Notes: generated by a model from the sequence alone, not told the origin. Positions 23,534 through 37,990 are shown, counted from the first letter of the stretch. The stretch is 64,000 nt of DNA from Gracilinanus agilis (GCF_016433145.1 NC_058135.1:42711099-42775098); one strand, 5' to 3'. Numbers and translations are program-made.

Positions 23534-24263
23534 ATGTATGACTTCATAAGTCACCCCTTGTTCCCTTGAATTACTCATAGTTATCATTTCTTACTCTACA
23601 ATAATAGTCCACCAAATTCATATGCCACAACATATGCCACAGTTCATTCCCCAACTAAGAGGCACTGATTTACTTTATTTCCAGCTTCTATGTAGACTTT
23701 TAGGCCTTTTTGCCTTTGACTTCCTTGGGACATAGAGGGCCAAGAGTGAGTTTACTGGGTCAAAGGGTATATAAAAAGTTAAGTGATTTTTGTCTAGTCT
23801 AGTTCCCAACTATATTCCCCAAAGTTTGAACCAATTCACACCTCCACCCACAATTTATTAGGACGCTTGTCTTCCCACAGACTCTACAAGATTTCTTATC
23901 TACTTTTTGTCAATTTGGCCATTTTGATAGATGTGATGTGGCGTTTTGGAATTGTTGTATTTGCTTATTTCTTATTAGTAGTGATTTGAAATATGAATAG
24001 TCGGCAATTCTTTTCAAGTGCTACCTTCCTCATGAGGACTTCCCTGATCCCCTCAAAAGCAGAAGCATCCTTCCTTATCTCCCAGGTCTGAAACGTGAGC
24101 ATTAATCCTGAACTTTCCTCTTCTCTCAACCCATGAATCTAATCTATTGACAAATAATGACTCTCCTTCCCTCAAACATGCCTAGCATCTGATCTCTTCT
24201 CCCTAGTCACAAAGATAACATTTTGGTTTTTAGGCCCTTATTGCCTCTCACCTAAAGTATTTC

Positions 24264-24460
24264 TTTTTTTATTTTTTTTTATTTTAAACCCTTAACTTCT
24301 GTGTATTGACTTATAGGTGGAAGAGTGGTAAGGGTAGGCAATAGGGGTCAAGTGACTTGCCCAGGGTCACACAGCTGGGAAGTGTCTGAGGCCGGATCTG
24401 AACCTAGGACCTCCCATCTCTAGGCCTGGTTCTCAATCCACTGAGCTACCCAGCTGCCCC
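24264..24460 (-). mobile_element. Young SINE1-type SINE
   Basis: Near-identical to the copies at 37680, 47370 and 54928; perfect 17-bp TSD CTCACCTAAAGTATTTC at 24247-24263 and 24461-24477. Confidence 0.95.
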
Positions 24461-25693
24461 CTCACCTAAAGTATTTCAATAGCCTCCAAAGGCCCCTCTG
24501 CTTTAAGCACCTCGCCACATCCTAAACACTGCAACTTAATTAGTTTTCCTCACAAATAGATCTGACCACTTTACTCTCCTTCTCAATCAACTCCAGGGAC
24601 TTCCTATTGCCACTAAGGTAAAATAGAAGCTCCTCTGTCTGGCTTTGAAAGACTGATACAGCTTGGCTATCTTTCCACACTCATTAGACATTACTCCCGC
24701 TCCATACTTTGCAATCGGAGGAAACTTCTTCACATAACACTTAACTTCTGTACATGTGCCGTTGTGTTGGCCATCCTGCATCCTTGGAATGCACCCTGTC
24801 CTTAACCTCAGCTTCATAGAGTTCCCTCTTCCTTGAACACAAAGGTTAAAGGGGTAACTAGGTAGCTTGGTGGATAGAGAGCCAGATTTGGAAATGAAAG
24901 GTCCTGCATTCAAATCTGGCCTCAGACACTTCCTGGCTATGTGATTCTGGGAAAATCACTGAATCTCATTGCCTAGTTCCTTTTGCTCTTCTGTCTTGGA
25001 ATTGATATCAATTCAAAGAAATAAGAGTTTAAAAAAAAAAAGACATAGCTTAAACTCCATTTTTTACATGAAGTTTGTATTTAACCACTTTGCATCTATT
25101 TTTGATTCTCTTAATATTTATACTATATATGTATTTCTCATCCCCATCAAAATATAAGCTTGAGAATGTTTTATTGTTTGTACTCACAGCCCAAAGCCAG
25201 CACAGTATACTTGAGTGACTGATTCCCCCTCCAAAAGACCCTGCATGAATGTAAGCTCAAGGAAAATGTAAGCTCACTGGAAAACGACGGGGTGTTCCTT
25301 AATTGGGGAATGGCTGAACAAATTGTGGTATATGATGGTGATGGAATACTGTTATGCTATAAAGAATGATGAATTAATGGATTTTTATAAGAACTGGAAA
25401 GACCTCCATGAGCACAGTGAAATGAGCAGAACCAGAGAACACTGTACATAGTAACTGAAATACTGTGGGATGTTTAATAGACTTAGCTACTAGTAGTAGT
25501 GCAATGATTCAGAACAATGCTGAGGGACTTATGAGAAAGAACACTATTTACATCTAGAGAAAGAATTGTGAGAGCAGAAATCCAGAAGAAAATATGTGAT
25601 TTATCACTTCCTTATACGGGTAGGTGAGTTGGAGTTTTGGTTGTAAAGGATTGCTCTTTTACAAAAATGAATAATATGGAAATGGGTTCAAGT

Positions 25694-25698
<5 letters not shown>

Positions 25699-25741
<43 letters not shown>
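25699..25741. repeat. (TG)n microsatellite running into the gap
   Basis: Directly visible. Confidence 0.98.
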
Positions 25742-26129
25742 NNNNNNNNNNNNNNNNNNNNNNNNNNNNNNNNNNNNNNNNNNNNNNNNNNNNNNNNNNN
25801 NNNNNNNNNNNNNNNNNNNNNNNNNNNNNNNNNNNNNNNNNNNNNNNNNNNNNNNNNNNNNNNNNNNNNNNNNNNNNNNNNNNNNNNNNNNNNNNNNNNN
25901 NNNNNNNNNNNNNNNNNNNNNNNNNNNNNNNNNNNNNNNNNNNNNNNNNNNNNNNNNNNNNNNNNNNNNNNNNNNNNNNNNNNNNNNNNNNNNNNNNNNN
26001 NNNNNNNNNNNNNNNNNNNNNNNNNNNNNNNNNNNNNNNNNNNNNNNNNNNNNNNNNNNNNNNNNNNNNNNNNNNNNNNNNNNNNNNNNNNNNNNNNNNN
26101 NNNNNNNNNNNNNNNNNNNNNNNNNNNNN
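25742..26129. other. Assembly gap (388 N)
   Basis: N run flanked by (TG)n on the left and G17 (26130-26146) on the right, inside an old L1 3' end. Confidence 1.
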
Positions 26130-29100
26130 GGGGGGGGGGGGGGGGGAGAGGGAAAAAACATGAATTGTGTAACCATGGGAAAAAAATTAAAAAGAAAGAA
26201 AGAAAGAAGCAGGCAGGCTGTTTCATTTCTTTGAATCCCTAGCACCAAAAACTGTGCCTGGTGCCAAAAAGCCTGCTAACTGGTATATAACAACTCCTCA
26301 TAGATCTTAGACATCAGTGAGTTTCTTTCTACCTCAACTATTTCCCCCTTTGCCCAACAGTATTGATTTTGTAAGTGAAATTATAATTATAATTTTCTGC
26401 TTTATATTTTGTGAGGTCTTCTACCTTTGAGTTACAAGTTTTCCATCTAGTCATTTGTCAAAAGTTCTGCCTTCAAGTCTCTGATTTTCAGAAATGAAGT
26501 GGCATTCTATAATGCAGTCATATAGTCTTTTGGGACCTGTGGTGGCACATAGTCTCAAACCCAGGTTCTGCCAAATTGCTTTCGTTTTCCAAGCTGTTCT
26601 TACCAGTTCAGGAGTCTCCTTCACTTAATTTCTTGAGTTTATCAAACACAGCATTCTATTTTGTATTGCACTTTGTTTTACTTATCTTTTTAACTGGTAC
26701 AAATAGTGTTGTGGAATATTAATACTTTATGATATGGTAAGATCATTTTATTATTATTTTTAAAAGCCTTTATCTTCTGTCTTAGTATCAATACTAAAAT
26801 TTTAGTGCCAAAGCAGAAGAGTGTTAAGGGCTAAGCAATGGGGATTATGTGACTTACCCAGGGTCACACAGCTAGGAAGTATTTGAGGCTAGATTTGAAC
26901 CCAGAATCTCCTGTCTTCAGGCCTGGTGCTCTTATCTACTGGGCCGCTTATGTGTCCCATGTGATAATTTAAAAAAATAATAGGGAATGGAATTATTTCT
27001 CTTGAAATCCTAGATTTTTTGATTTTCCAAATGTATTGCTATTTTGTCTAATTTGTAAAATATCACCCTTGTAATCTGTTCTAGCACTAACCTTGTAGTA
27101 AATTTAAGTAGTGTCACTTTTCTCAAACCTGAGTATTGACTCTCCCGATTATTTTCTTTTTTCTTTAAAAAAAAATATTGAACACAAATGCTTATTTTTA
27201 TGGATCTACTTAATACCGTATGACTTTACTACTTATTATTTATCTTGATTAGTTTCTTCATATTATTTGAAAATAGGGTTAATTTTGTCATCTTTTTGGG
27301 CCAATGCTTACATTTTTAATTTCTTTGAAATGGCAATGAAATAGTGCTAGAGCTATGTTTCTAGAGCTATGCTAATAGGAACCAGGGGAGGAGATATCCA
27401 TTTGGACTGAAAAGTGATTTTTTTCACTGCAAATAATTCTAGCCTTTTATTTTAGACAATTAACATATTAAAGAAGCCTTTCATGTTGCTCTGTGACAGA
27501 CATCTCCTATGTCTAGACATTAATATAGTCATATTTTGTTTATATGATTAGCTATACTCATTTTTCCCTAATGTTGAACCGCCCTTAGAAATCTAATATA
27601 AATTCCACTTGGTCACAGAGGCTTTATTTCTATAATACCTGCTTTTTTAGAATTATAAATCTATATTCTTTCATGCTGGTCTATAAATTTTTTCTCTGCT
27701 TTGCCCTTTAGGTTAGTCATCAGAACGATATTTGTATAATTTTTAATAAATCTGGCAGCATGACTTATTTATCAAATTTTTAAAATAATTTTTGAAAGCA
27801 TAGATTTTAACTTCTTTTAAAACTTCTATTGGAATTTACTTATACCTGTAGCATGCTTTTTTTTTTTTTTACTTTCATATTTAAATCTGGAGTTTTCTGG
27901 TAGAATGGGATATTTTGTTTTCTTTTAAAATACGGGTTTTTTTTAGATCATTTCCCCAACAGAATTAATAACATTTCTTGGCTGTGCTGGGACTCTTTCT
28001 AATTTCCCTGCTGGCTGAGCCCCATACTTTCCCTGCTACCTTCTTGCCATCTGTTCAATCTTTCCAGATCAGTTTCCCTGATATGAATGGATGAATAACA
28101 AGAAAACTGCTAAGGAGCTGAGGATACCAAAAAACCCAACAACATACTTTCCCTCTTCTCAAGCTCACATTCTAATAGCAGAGACAAACAAGACAGAGAC
28201 AAGAGAGAACAGAAGCTTCAGCTGGAAAGGTCTCATGTTCCTTAAGAGTGCAATTGGTAAGGCAGCCTGCATGCACTGTATCATCTTTAATGTTGTTTCC
28301 AGAGATAAAATCATATTGATTTATAACGTGAAACTACCTATGAGTATGAAAGTTTTCTGGGTGGGTTTGGTTCAGGACAGTCCCTGGATAATTTATAACA
28401 AAATTAAGACCCTATAGGTCATTCCACAGTTATTAACAAAAATAGTTCTAGTAGAGGACAGGCTCTGAGGACATCTCAAGCTGAGGGAGCTGATGGTGGT
28501 TCTCTTGCCTTGCCTGTCCAGTGTTCACCAGCCCAGCATGAGAAGAGGATCTGGGCCTCCTCATGGCTGCTTTGTACCCAGAAAGCAATACAGCAGCCTT
28601 TATTCCCTTGAGCACTTTTAAAGCTTCACTTGAATGGGGACAGGTTAGGTTGTTGCTCCTACCATGGACTTTCAAATCACGATTTTTGCTTCTCCAGTTT
28701 TTGGTGATTGTGGGCACCATGTCAGCAGGGGCTTAACAGAAATCACTGGCACAGCTTTCCCTCCCTCACATCTACCTCAGTGTTTTCTCTTATCTAGAGC
28801 TAGGAAATTTCAGAGGGCAATTATAATTGGGTTTTTACCATCCTCCCACCCCTTGGCATGGAAGCCTGGCTGTGTGGCACAGGATGCTTCTCCTTTGCAT
28901 GTTACAACTGGTCACCCCTCCCAGGAGACAGAGCAGGAGGATGCTTCTCTTCCTACCCTTCTGTCATTAAAGGGGTGAGGGCAAGAAATCATCTTGGGTT
29001 GCCACTCAATCTAATGCTAATAGACACTCTAGTCAATGCTTGTCATGAAGGCTTCTATTGTCATCGGCCAGTCTTTCACAAGGCCACTACTTTCTGAAAG

Positions 29101-29763
29101 TTTTTTATTTTTCATGGAATTATTTCCCATCTTTTCTTCTTGCTGCAGTTTTAATTTGGGAGGTAGAAAGGTCTGATAGTTATAATGAATGACTTATTCC
29201 CGCCCCCCCATCATGCTATAGGGTTTTTTTGCTAATTCTAAAAGTCAGTAATATTTTATCTAAAGCTACAAGTTATATATACAACCACCAAATCAAGTAG
29301 AGCATTGCTATATTTCTGTTAAGCTTGAAGTGGGTAAAGAAATGGTTCAGAAACATCATGTATATTAAAGTTCTATTTTCCTTAAGGCCTTCAACAGTTC
29401 TTTGGAAATGATTATCAGAAATCTAGATCTTTGTATTTCTGGAATATTATTTGAAAAAGGAAATTGAATTCATGAGATTACTATCTTTATGAAGAGAAAA
29501 AGCAATTCCACTCAAAATAGTATTTTATTTTTAAGATAACTGTCTTTAAAGTACAATTTATATTAGAGGAGATATGAAAATAGAAGAAACAGCTCTAACT
29601 TGAAGGGAAAAAAATATTTGAACCAACACTTAGCTCCTCCCTAGCTAGCTTAACAATAATATATACCAATAATATATACTGATAATTGTTTTGAAATATC
29701 ATCATGACTCTTACACTATGTGAAATTAAAATGTTAATTAGGAAAAGGAGATTCACTACTTAC

Positions 29764-29923
29764 CTACAACATATAAGCAGCCATGAAGTTCACTAACACC
29801 ATTGCCTGCTCTCCGCTGACCCATCTCTTTAACTTCTATCCATTTATCCAAATGAGGGTCATATCTCTCCACACTAGACAAAGAGGCCAGCCCATCATTG
29901 CCTCCCACAGCATAAACATAGTT
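29764..29923 (-). CDS. KLHL8: KLHL8 coding exon 7 (Kelch 4)
   Basis: Acceptor aaatttag|; NYVYAVGGNDGLASLSSVERYDPHLDKWIEVKEMGQRRAGNGVSELHGCLYVV(G); donor TAG|GTAAGT; 160 nt. Confidence 0.97.
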
Positions 29924-30346
29924 CTAAATTTAAAAATAGAAATTAAGGCTAGCTTTTGAATTGATTCTACATATTGCCAATGATATACCTTAAGTAATTA
30001 TTTTACAATATGGTGTTATAAAGAGAAGGCATGGCATTCAATATATAAGCACACAAACATTGATTTTATCTGATTGATTTGGAAAAACTGAAGAATTCCA
30101 AAGGACCAACAGGACAATGTGCAAAACGCTTTTAACCTGGGAGAACGTTATCAAGCTTTTGGATCTAAAGGATTATCCAAGTCAACCATCGTAATGAGAA
30201 GTCCACTGCTACTAACATAACAACATATTTAATTGTAAATGTTTTAAAGGCCAAATTTCATTTCAGTGCTTGTAAGCATGAGATAAATTACTATTCAATC
30301 GGGCACAATGATAACAGGTCAATAGAAAAATTGAAAGATAACTTAC

Positions 30347-30515
30347 TATTAGAGCTACTGAACCAACCCCTCCTCGGGGAGTATTCATTGGGGCCACTCC
30401 ACTCCACTGATCAGATTCAATGTCATATCTCTCCACATTATTGAAGCATGTATTGTCATCTAACCCTCCTATCGCATAAATTGGACCTCCTAGAGAGGCC
30501 AAGGCAATTCCTCGC
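30347..30515 (-). CDS. KLHL8: KLHL8 coding exon 6 (Kelch 3)
   Basis: Acceptor cctttgtag|; RGIALASLGGPIYAIGGLDDNTCFNNVERYDIESDQWSGVAPMNTPRGGVGSVALI; donor ATA|GTAAGT; 169 nt. Confidence 0.97.
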
Positions 30516-31655
30516 CTACAAAGGCAACAGAACATATCATTAGCACATGGGTATTTTCAGGAAGAAAAGTAGAAAACAGTTTTTAAATAATTGGTCAATG
30601 TGCTAATTTAAAATATCTATCTATTCCATCAATACTATCCCATTATTAATATTTATCCAATATTAATATTCCTTTATTAATATTATCATCTTCACTATCA
30701 TTTATAAACTCACTAATGCTACGAGATAGATGGTCATTCCAACATTAAACAATTTTTATGTAAGAGTTTTACTAAGATCATTACTTCCAATGACCATTTA
30801 CTCCTATAAATGATGACCATCTAGGGCAAAGTAAGATAAGGGTAAGAACCATTTAAATAGCACCTACTATCTATCTGCCAGCCGCTGTGTTAAGTAAGCT
30901 CTTTACAAATATTGCCTCATCTCAGGGGAACTATGTAGGTAGGGAAATAGATGGGCACCTAGATAGTTAGGTGGATAGAAAGTACTAGGCCTAGAGTTTG
31001 GAGGCCCTGGGTTCAAATCTGACTCCAGACACTTTCTAGTTGTGTGACCTGAGCAAATTGTTTAACCCCAATTGTCCAACCTTTGCCATTTTTTTGTTTT
31101 AGAATTAATACTAAGATAGAAGGTAAAGGCTTAAAACAAAAACAAAAAATAAAAACCAGATATTACCTCATGGATTTCCCAAGAATTCTGCAAAGGTTAA
31201 ATACTGTTATTATCCTCATTCTACAGTTGAGGAAACTAAGGTGAAGAAAATTTAAGTGACCTGCCCAAGGTCACAGAGCTATTAAGTGTCTAAAGCTGGA
31301 TTTGAATTCAGGTCTTCTTGACTTTCAGGCCTAGTATTCTATCCAATGCAATTCCTAGCTTCCTGGAGTTGACTTCTAATAATAGAGGTTAAAAGGGGAA
31401 AAAAAGCTTTTAATTTCTGACTCTCAAAAGCATTAGAGAGCATATTATGAGATGAATAGGTAGAGAACATTTGTTAAGCACTTACTATGTACTAGACACT
31501 GTGTAGAAGTGCTGGGGATATAAATACAAGCAAATGAGGTAGACTCTGCCATCAAGGAGCTTACATTCTAATGAAGACAATACATAAAAGAGATTTGGAA
31601 GGGGAAGGAGGGAAATGGTGAATTACTTTAAAGATAATTAAGAAGTAAACTGGAA

Positions 31656-32709
31656 AAAACTCTGACAGGGGTCTAATTACTCAAATATACAAGGAGTTAA
31701 ATCAATTGTATAAAAAATCAAACCATTCCCCAATTGATAAATGGGCAAGAGACATGAATAGGCAATTTTCAGGTAAAGAAATCAAAAGTATCAATAAGCA
31801 CATGAGAAAGTGTTCTAAATCTCTAATAATTAGAGAAATGCAAATCAAAACAACTCTGAGGTATCACCTCACACCTAGCAGACTGGCTAAAATGAAAGAA
31901 GGGGAGAGTAATGAATGCTGGAGGGGATGTGGCAAAATTGGGACATTAATGCATTGCTGGTGGAGTTGTGAATTGATCCAACCATTCTGGATGGTAATTT
32001 GGAACTATGCTTAAAGGGCTATAAAAGAATGCCTGCCCTTTGATCCAGCCATACCATTGTTGGGTTTGTACCCCAAAGAGATCATAAACAGACTTGTACG
32101 AAAATATTTATAGCTGTGCTTTTTGTGGTGGCAAAAAACTGGAAAACGAGGGTATGTCCTTCAATTGGGGAATGGCTGAACAAATTGTGGTATATGCGGG
32201 TGATGGAATACTATTGTGCTAAAAGGAATAATAAACTGGAGGAATTCCATATGAACTGGAAAGACCTCCAGGAACTGATGCAGAGCAAAAGGAGCAGAGC
32301 CAGAAGAACATTGTACACAGAGACTGATATACTGTGGTAAAATAGAATGTAATGGACTTCTGTGCCAGCAGCACTGCAATGACACAGGACAGCTCTGAGG
32401 GATTTATGGTAAAGATGCTACCCACATTCAGAGGAAGGACTGCAGGAGAGGAAACATATAAGAAAAACAACTGCTTGAATGCATGGGCTGAGGAGGATAT
32501 GATTGGGGGTGTAGACTTGAAACTACCACACCAATGCAACAATCAACAATATGGAAGTAGGTCTTGATCAATGACACATGTTACAACCAGTGGAAATGTG
32601 CATCGATCATTGGGGGGATTGAGGGGGGTTAAGGGGAAAGTAGGAGCATGAATCATGTAACCATGTTAAAAATGAATATTAATAAATGTTTAAAATATAT
32701 AAAAAAAAA
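31656..32709 (+). mobile_element. 5'-truncated, relatively young LINE-1 (ORF2 C-terminus, 3'UTR, polyA)
   Basis: ORF 31706-32014 encodes the ORF2 C-terminal region (KWARDMNRQFS...CWRGCG...LMHCWWSC). A-tail present. 16-bp TSD AAGAAGT(A/T)AACTGGAA at 31640-31655 and 32710-32725, one mismatch. Confidence 0.93.
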
Positions 32710-33209
32710 AAGAAGTTAACTGGAAGCCAGGATCCAAGCAAATAAGACAAAACACTAATTTACCCATCAGGGTGGTTTCCAAGGGACTGAGTCCATTTTT
32801 CAGGGCTGATGGCTGGAGAATGGACAGCATGGTTTGAAGATGACCAGGGATTACAACCACAGCTCAAAACCTTTGTCAATGACTTCATGTATATACTGAT
32901 TTATTTAAATTAATCTCTAATTTGTCATAAAAGAATAACATGAGATCAATCAAAAAGATTTCATGAAATATCTATTCAAGGCACTATGCTGTAATATATT
33001 TCATTTACCTCGATTTTATTCCCTATTGAAGAATAACTATATTGACATTTACCAACTTAGGGCAATGCTTTGCTACCTGTGGGACCCAAATAATACAGGG
33101 ATTTTGTGTCTAATTCTTGAACACTTGAGAAAAACAACAATTGCCTATTATATTTATCACCCAGAAAATATGCAATACTATCCTGTGGAATAAGGAAGCC
33201 TGCTGGCTG

Positions 33210-33924
33210 TGAAATAAAACATAAATAGGTTGACAGTGAATTACTTGGTACTCTGGTGGTATAATTCTTAGGGCCAGTTATCAGAAGTCCTCAGGCTTGG
33301 GAAGACTTTCAGAGAGAAACTGACAAGTGACCACACTGATGTAACTCAGGGTTTTATTTAAACAAGGACAGGTAGGGATTGGGACAAGCTAGCTAGATAT
33401 AGAAACTAATTCCTCCCACCCAAATCCAGGAGTCTCAAATAGATGGTATCTACACTAAATCTCTACCTAAAGATCCCAGCTGCCTGTAATACCTCCCTAA
33501 CCAAATTCCCACTCCCCTAGCTCCCTTGCCAGTTATTAGAGTAAGGGAAGGCTAAAAGATAAACAGGTCCACCGGGTCAAAAGGGGGGATGTCTCGCAGA
33601 CAGCTGTCCTCTAGAGATTAGCAAGAGTCCCAATAGAAACCACAGAAGTAACAGGAACACACAGAGCAACCAAACCGGAACAGATGTAAATCCAACAAGA
33701 AGGGGAGTAATGGTTTAACTCACACAGTCTACCTGATGAGTTTAGAAACCATTCTCAACCACTTCCCAGAAGGAAAACTGCTTGCAGAAGTCCACACACA
33801 CTGTCTCCCTCCAAAGAGAAAGTCCAACCAACTGTCCCTCCAGAGTCACTGTCTCTCCAGGGTTCTGGAATCTCCCTGCCTCTGCTTTGGTACTGCCTGC
33901 TTTCCCTATGATTTCCCTATAACA
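33210..33924 (-). mobile_element. Solo LTR (class I ERV-like)
   Basis: TG...CA termini with 4-bp TSD GCTG (33206-33209, 33925-33928); AATAAA on the - strand near 33355. Confidence 0.75.
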
Positions 33925-36479
33925 GCTGTAAATTGACGGAAGAGAGAGAAAGTGTGTGTATGTGTATGTGTACACTTACATATAAATACTTTTCTTTGAG
34001 TTTTAAGAAATTTAAAAAAAAAAAACCCAGTGAATGAAAAATGCCTGTTTGGCAGTCTATGGCATGCAGTATACAGACAACTTATAAACTTAAGAAACTG
34101 CAAAGTGTGTTTAATGACCTCCAATTTTGCCTGAATCAGAGGTACATTTTTAAAGCCATTCAATTAAATACACATTTATTGACTGCATATTGATCAAGTA
34201 AAAGTGTTTGGAGTGCAGATATCTAGGTCTTGTATAACCCAATTCAAATTGCTTGCAAACTCCAGGAAGGGGAGGGGAAGGGAAGAAGGGAGATAATTTG
34301 GATCATATAACTTCAGAAAACTTATGTGGAAATCTGTTATTACATGTTATTGGTTAAATAAAGTATCTTTATGAATATAAAAAATACAAAAGACAAAATA
34401 TTGGGGCTTAAAATTTTTATAATATTTTTTAAGTTAACTTATTTTCTCTGCTTTAATGTACTTCATTCCTTGAAAGGAAAGAAAAAAAGAAGAAAACCAA
34501 AACCCTTGTAAGAAATATTTGTAGGCAAGCAAAACAAATACCTTCATTGGTCCTCTGAAATTGTGGCTGGTTTTGGCATTAATCAATCTTTCAAAATATT
34601 TGTCTTTACAATGTGGCTATTGATGAATAGTCAGCCTAGATCCATCTATTTCACTTGTTTTCCAAGGTTTCTCTTAAACTTCTTTGCCATTTCTGGTATA
34701 GCTTTGTCAATATTAGTCTATTACATTAATAAATCATCATTTGTTCAGTTTTCCCCAAATCATTTGAGTTTCTAGAGTTTTATGTTATTATAATAAGAAT
34801 GGCTATAAATATTTTTGTACCTGTGGGCCCATTACTAATTCTCTTATTTCTTTTTGTTTATTAGTAATTGGTTTTCATCTTCCTTTCACAAATATAAAAT
34901 TAGCTTCTCTATTTTACTTTTCACCAGTTTAGAAGGTTTTCTTTTGTTTGGATTTTTTTTATCTTGGAGTGTTGGTAATCTCCTCTTTATTAGATTTTCT
35001 ATTTTAATGCTTTTTTTAAAAAAAATTTGTCAGTTTTCTAGTTAGTTTTGCCTTTTATTGTTTTGGTCTTTGCCAAAACAAAACCAAACAACACTGATCT
35101 GGAATGTTTTTCTCTCTTTTGTTGATTAATTGTTTGAGTTTATAATTCCCTCCAAGGACTACTTTGGTTGAATTCTACAAATTTAGATATGTTTTCTCAT
35201 TGTTGTGCTTACTCTTTAATAATAAAGTATCTATTGTTTCTAACATTTGTTATTTGATTCACTAATTTTTTTTTAACCCTTACCTTCCGCCTCAGATTCA
35301 ATACTATGTATTGGTTCTAAGGCAGAAGAGTGGTAAGGGCAAGGTAGTGGTAGTTAAATGTCTTGCCCAGGGTCACCCAGATAGGAAGTGTCTGAGGCAA
35401 GATTTGAATCCAACACCTCTTGTCTCTAGACCTGGTTTCTCAAGCCACTGAGTGCCCCCTGATTCAACAATTTTTTACGAATAAGTTATCCTCATTATTA
35501 TAGTTTTACTATTTCTCCCTGTAACTTTTCCTTTAAGGGTTTTGATTCTATACCATTTGGTACACGTATTAATAAATGATTTTAATTTATTGTCTATGGT
35601 ACCATTCAACATTATCTCTTTAAATTAAATCTAGTTTTACTATTGCCGTATCTAAGATTGTTTCTTGTTAAAAAAAAACAAACAAAAACCCTATTGTTGG
35701 ATGAGAATCCATTCTGCTGACCTCTTTCTATTTTTTTTTTTAACCCTTACTTTTCATCTTGGAGTCAATAGTGTATTGGCTCCAAGGCAGAAGAGTGGGC
35801 TAGGCAATGGGGGTTAAGTGACTTGCCCAGGGTCACACAACTGGGGCCTCTTTCTATTTTAATGGGTAAGTTCATCTTATTCACAGTTATGATCTCTAAT
35901 TGTGTATTTCTCTTCAACCTATTCTCTTATTTTTCTTCAACTTTGCATTTTCCTCTTTAGAAGAGGATAATAAGAGAAAAAGAGCAATATAATTTGTTTT
36001 TACTCCCTCCTACCCCAATCATAAATTCTTAACTTTCTTTTCCTTTAAACTCTCTTGTTCTGGTTTTTCTCTGTTTTCTCTCTCCATGAATATTGATGGG
36101 AGTGTGGTAGAACACCTTCTTTGGGTAAGTAATTTGTGTAATGTTGGAATTCATTGTTTTTTAAGGGTTTAGTGGAGGTTCACTTATGAATCTATTTGGG
36201 CCTGTAGTTCTTTTAGGAGCTCATTTCATTTCTTTATATGAGGTTGAATTAGTTTTAATTCTGTTTCTTGTTCTGTTGATTTGGATATTTTGTATTTAAT
36301 TTCTTTTTTAGTTTTTTGGTTTTGTTGGCAGATTATTGGGCAAAATATTTTCTAAAAGGCTTTTTTATATCTTCTTCAAAAACCCCTTAATACTTTGAAA
36401 AAAAGAACTTTGTCTTTCTTCTATAAATTATTTTCTATTTATTTTGAATATAGCTTGTTTGTACTTTTTCATTTGTTTA

Positions 36480-36590
36480 TCTCCCCCATTAGACTATGAT
36501 GTACTTTAGGGCAGGAACTATCTTTGCCTTTGTATCTCCAGCACTTAGCATAGTGCCTGGTACATAGCAGATGCTTAATAAATGTTTAAT
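36480..36590 (+). mobile_element. L2/MIR-type ancient 3' end (representative)
   Basis: ctcccccattagact...ggcaggaactatc...gcacttagcatagtgcctggtacatagcagatgcttaataaatgttt; similar sequence at ~38400-38600 and ~52800-52925. Confidence 0.65.
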
Positions 36591-37679
36591 GACCCAAAGA
36601 CCTAAGATCAATGTGATTTAAGACCTGTGATCAATGCAATGACCATAAAGATTTCTGGGAACTGAAGAAGATGCATACGAGTTAAGGATTCAACTGACTA
36701 AAAGCCAATTTCAGAGGTACACCATCCCACAAACAATTTAATTCAATATTATTAGATGTTATGAGCTCTAATAACAAAAGAGATGAGAGTAAACTATGGC
36801 GTGGCTTTGGTCTATCTCAAAGAACTGACAATCTCTTTTTTTTTTTTCTGGTGGGGGGGAGGTGTGATGTGGAGGAGATATACCTACAAATAACTATGAC
36901 ACAAGGGAGAGTATGAAAAATAGAAGGAATGTCCACATGAAAAAGTCATGTCCCAAAGGATGTGGAGGAAGAAATCATTTTCATCTTAGAAGAGAGGGAC
37001 CCTGAGTAAGGCTTTGAAGAAAGCAAAGGACATGGAAGTTTAAAAAAGTACCTAAAAAATTCTGTGGGCAGTACAGTTATTTTTCAATGGATGCTGTTAT
37101 GTGGAAAGATTTGAGAAATGTCTCAAAATAAGGAAGAAAACAATAACAATTTTAAAGTGTTAGTATAAGAATAATTAATAAAATTTTAGTATAAGATAGT
37201 TATACTGGATACCATCCTAACTACTTATCTAGTGAGAAATGTGCACATAAATATACATACAGTTAATATTGATGATCTAAAGGCATATCTTTAGATAATT
37301 GCTTTTCCAAAAGACTTTGGTCTTTGACTTAAACATCGTTCCTTGGATTCATCAAGGTACCTTTAACGATGGAGATACTGATAATGTTTCATAATGAAGA
37401 TGGATGTTGCAAAGGAGAACAACTCTACATACATTTTAAAACTTTTATCTTAAAAAGATAAGAAATAATCACTATAGGACTCTGGAATTTTATTCCTTTT
37501 CTGGTTCTTAAGAGGATATGACCAAGTACTACTTTGGTTTACCTACAAAGCATAGGAACAATGGTTAATATTCTTTTTGTCTGCTTTCCAACAAAAGTAG
37601 TGTAATATCAGATGTTCAATAAATGTTGAAAGAATGTATTTAATAAGGACTTGCATATTTCTTAAAATAGAAGGGAACA

Positions 37680-37884
37680 GGGGGCAGCTGGGTAGCTCAG
37701 TGTATTGAGAGCCAGGCCTAGAGACGGGAGGTCCTACGTTCAAATCCGGCCTCAGACACTTCCCAGCTGTGTGACCCTGGGCAAGTCACTTGACCCCCAT
37801 TGCCTACCCTTACCACTCCCTTCCACCTATAAGTCAATACACAGAAGTTAAGGGTTTAAAAAAAACAAAAAAAAAAAACAAAAA
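37680..37884 (+). mobile_element. Young SINE1-type SINE
   Basis: Full-length with A-rich tail; 16-bp TSD AAAATAGAAGGGAACA at 37664-37679 and 37885-37900; ~110 bp from the exon 5 donor. Confidence 0.95.
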
Positions 37885-37990
37885 AAAATAGAAGGGAACA
37901 AAAATATTTTTTCCTTTTAAATAATATGAAGTAGATATAATGTTATAATTTTTTAAAACCTTGTAGACCAAGAAATTCACACGAACCTAC

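Noticed and set aside
25612-26248. Long ORFs of 155-204 aa
   Set aside because: Artefacts of the N gap and (TG)n repeat.
31706-32567. Several overlapping ORFs as novel genes
   Set aside because: They are L1 ORF2 C-terminal fragments and L1 3'UTR.
37680-37760. tRNA gene (A and B boxes present)
   Set aside because: It is the tRNA-derived head of a SINE with TSDs and an A-tail; there is no full cloverleaf. No genuine tRNA, rRNA or snRNA gene was recognised in the window.
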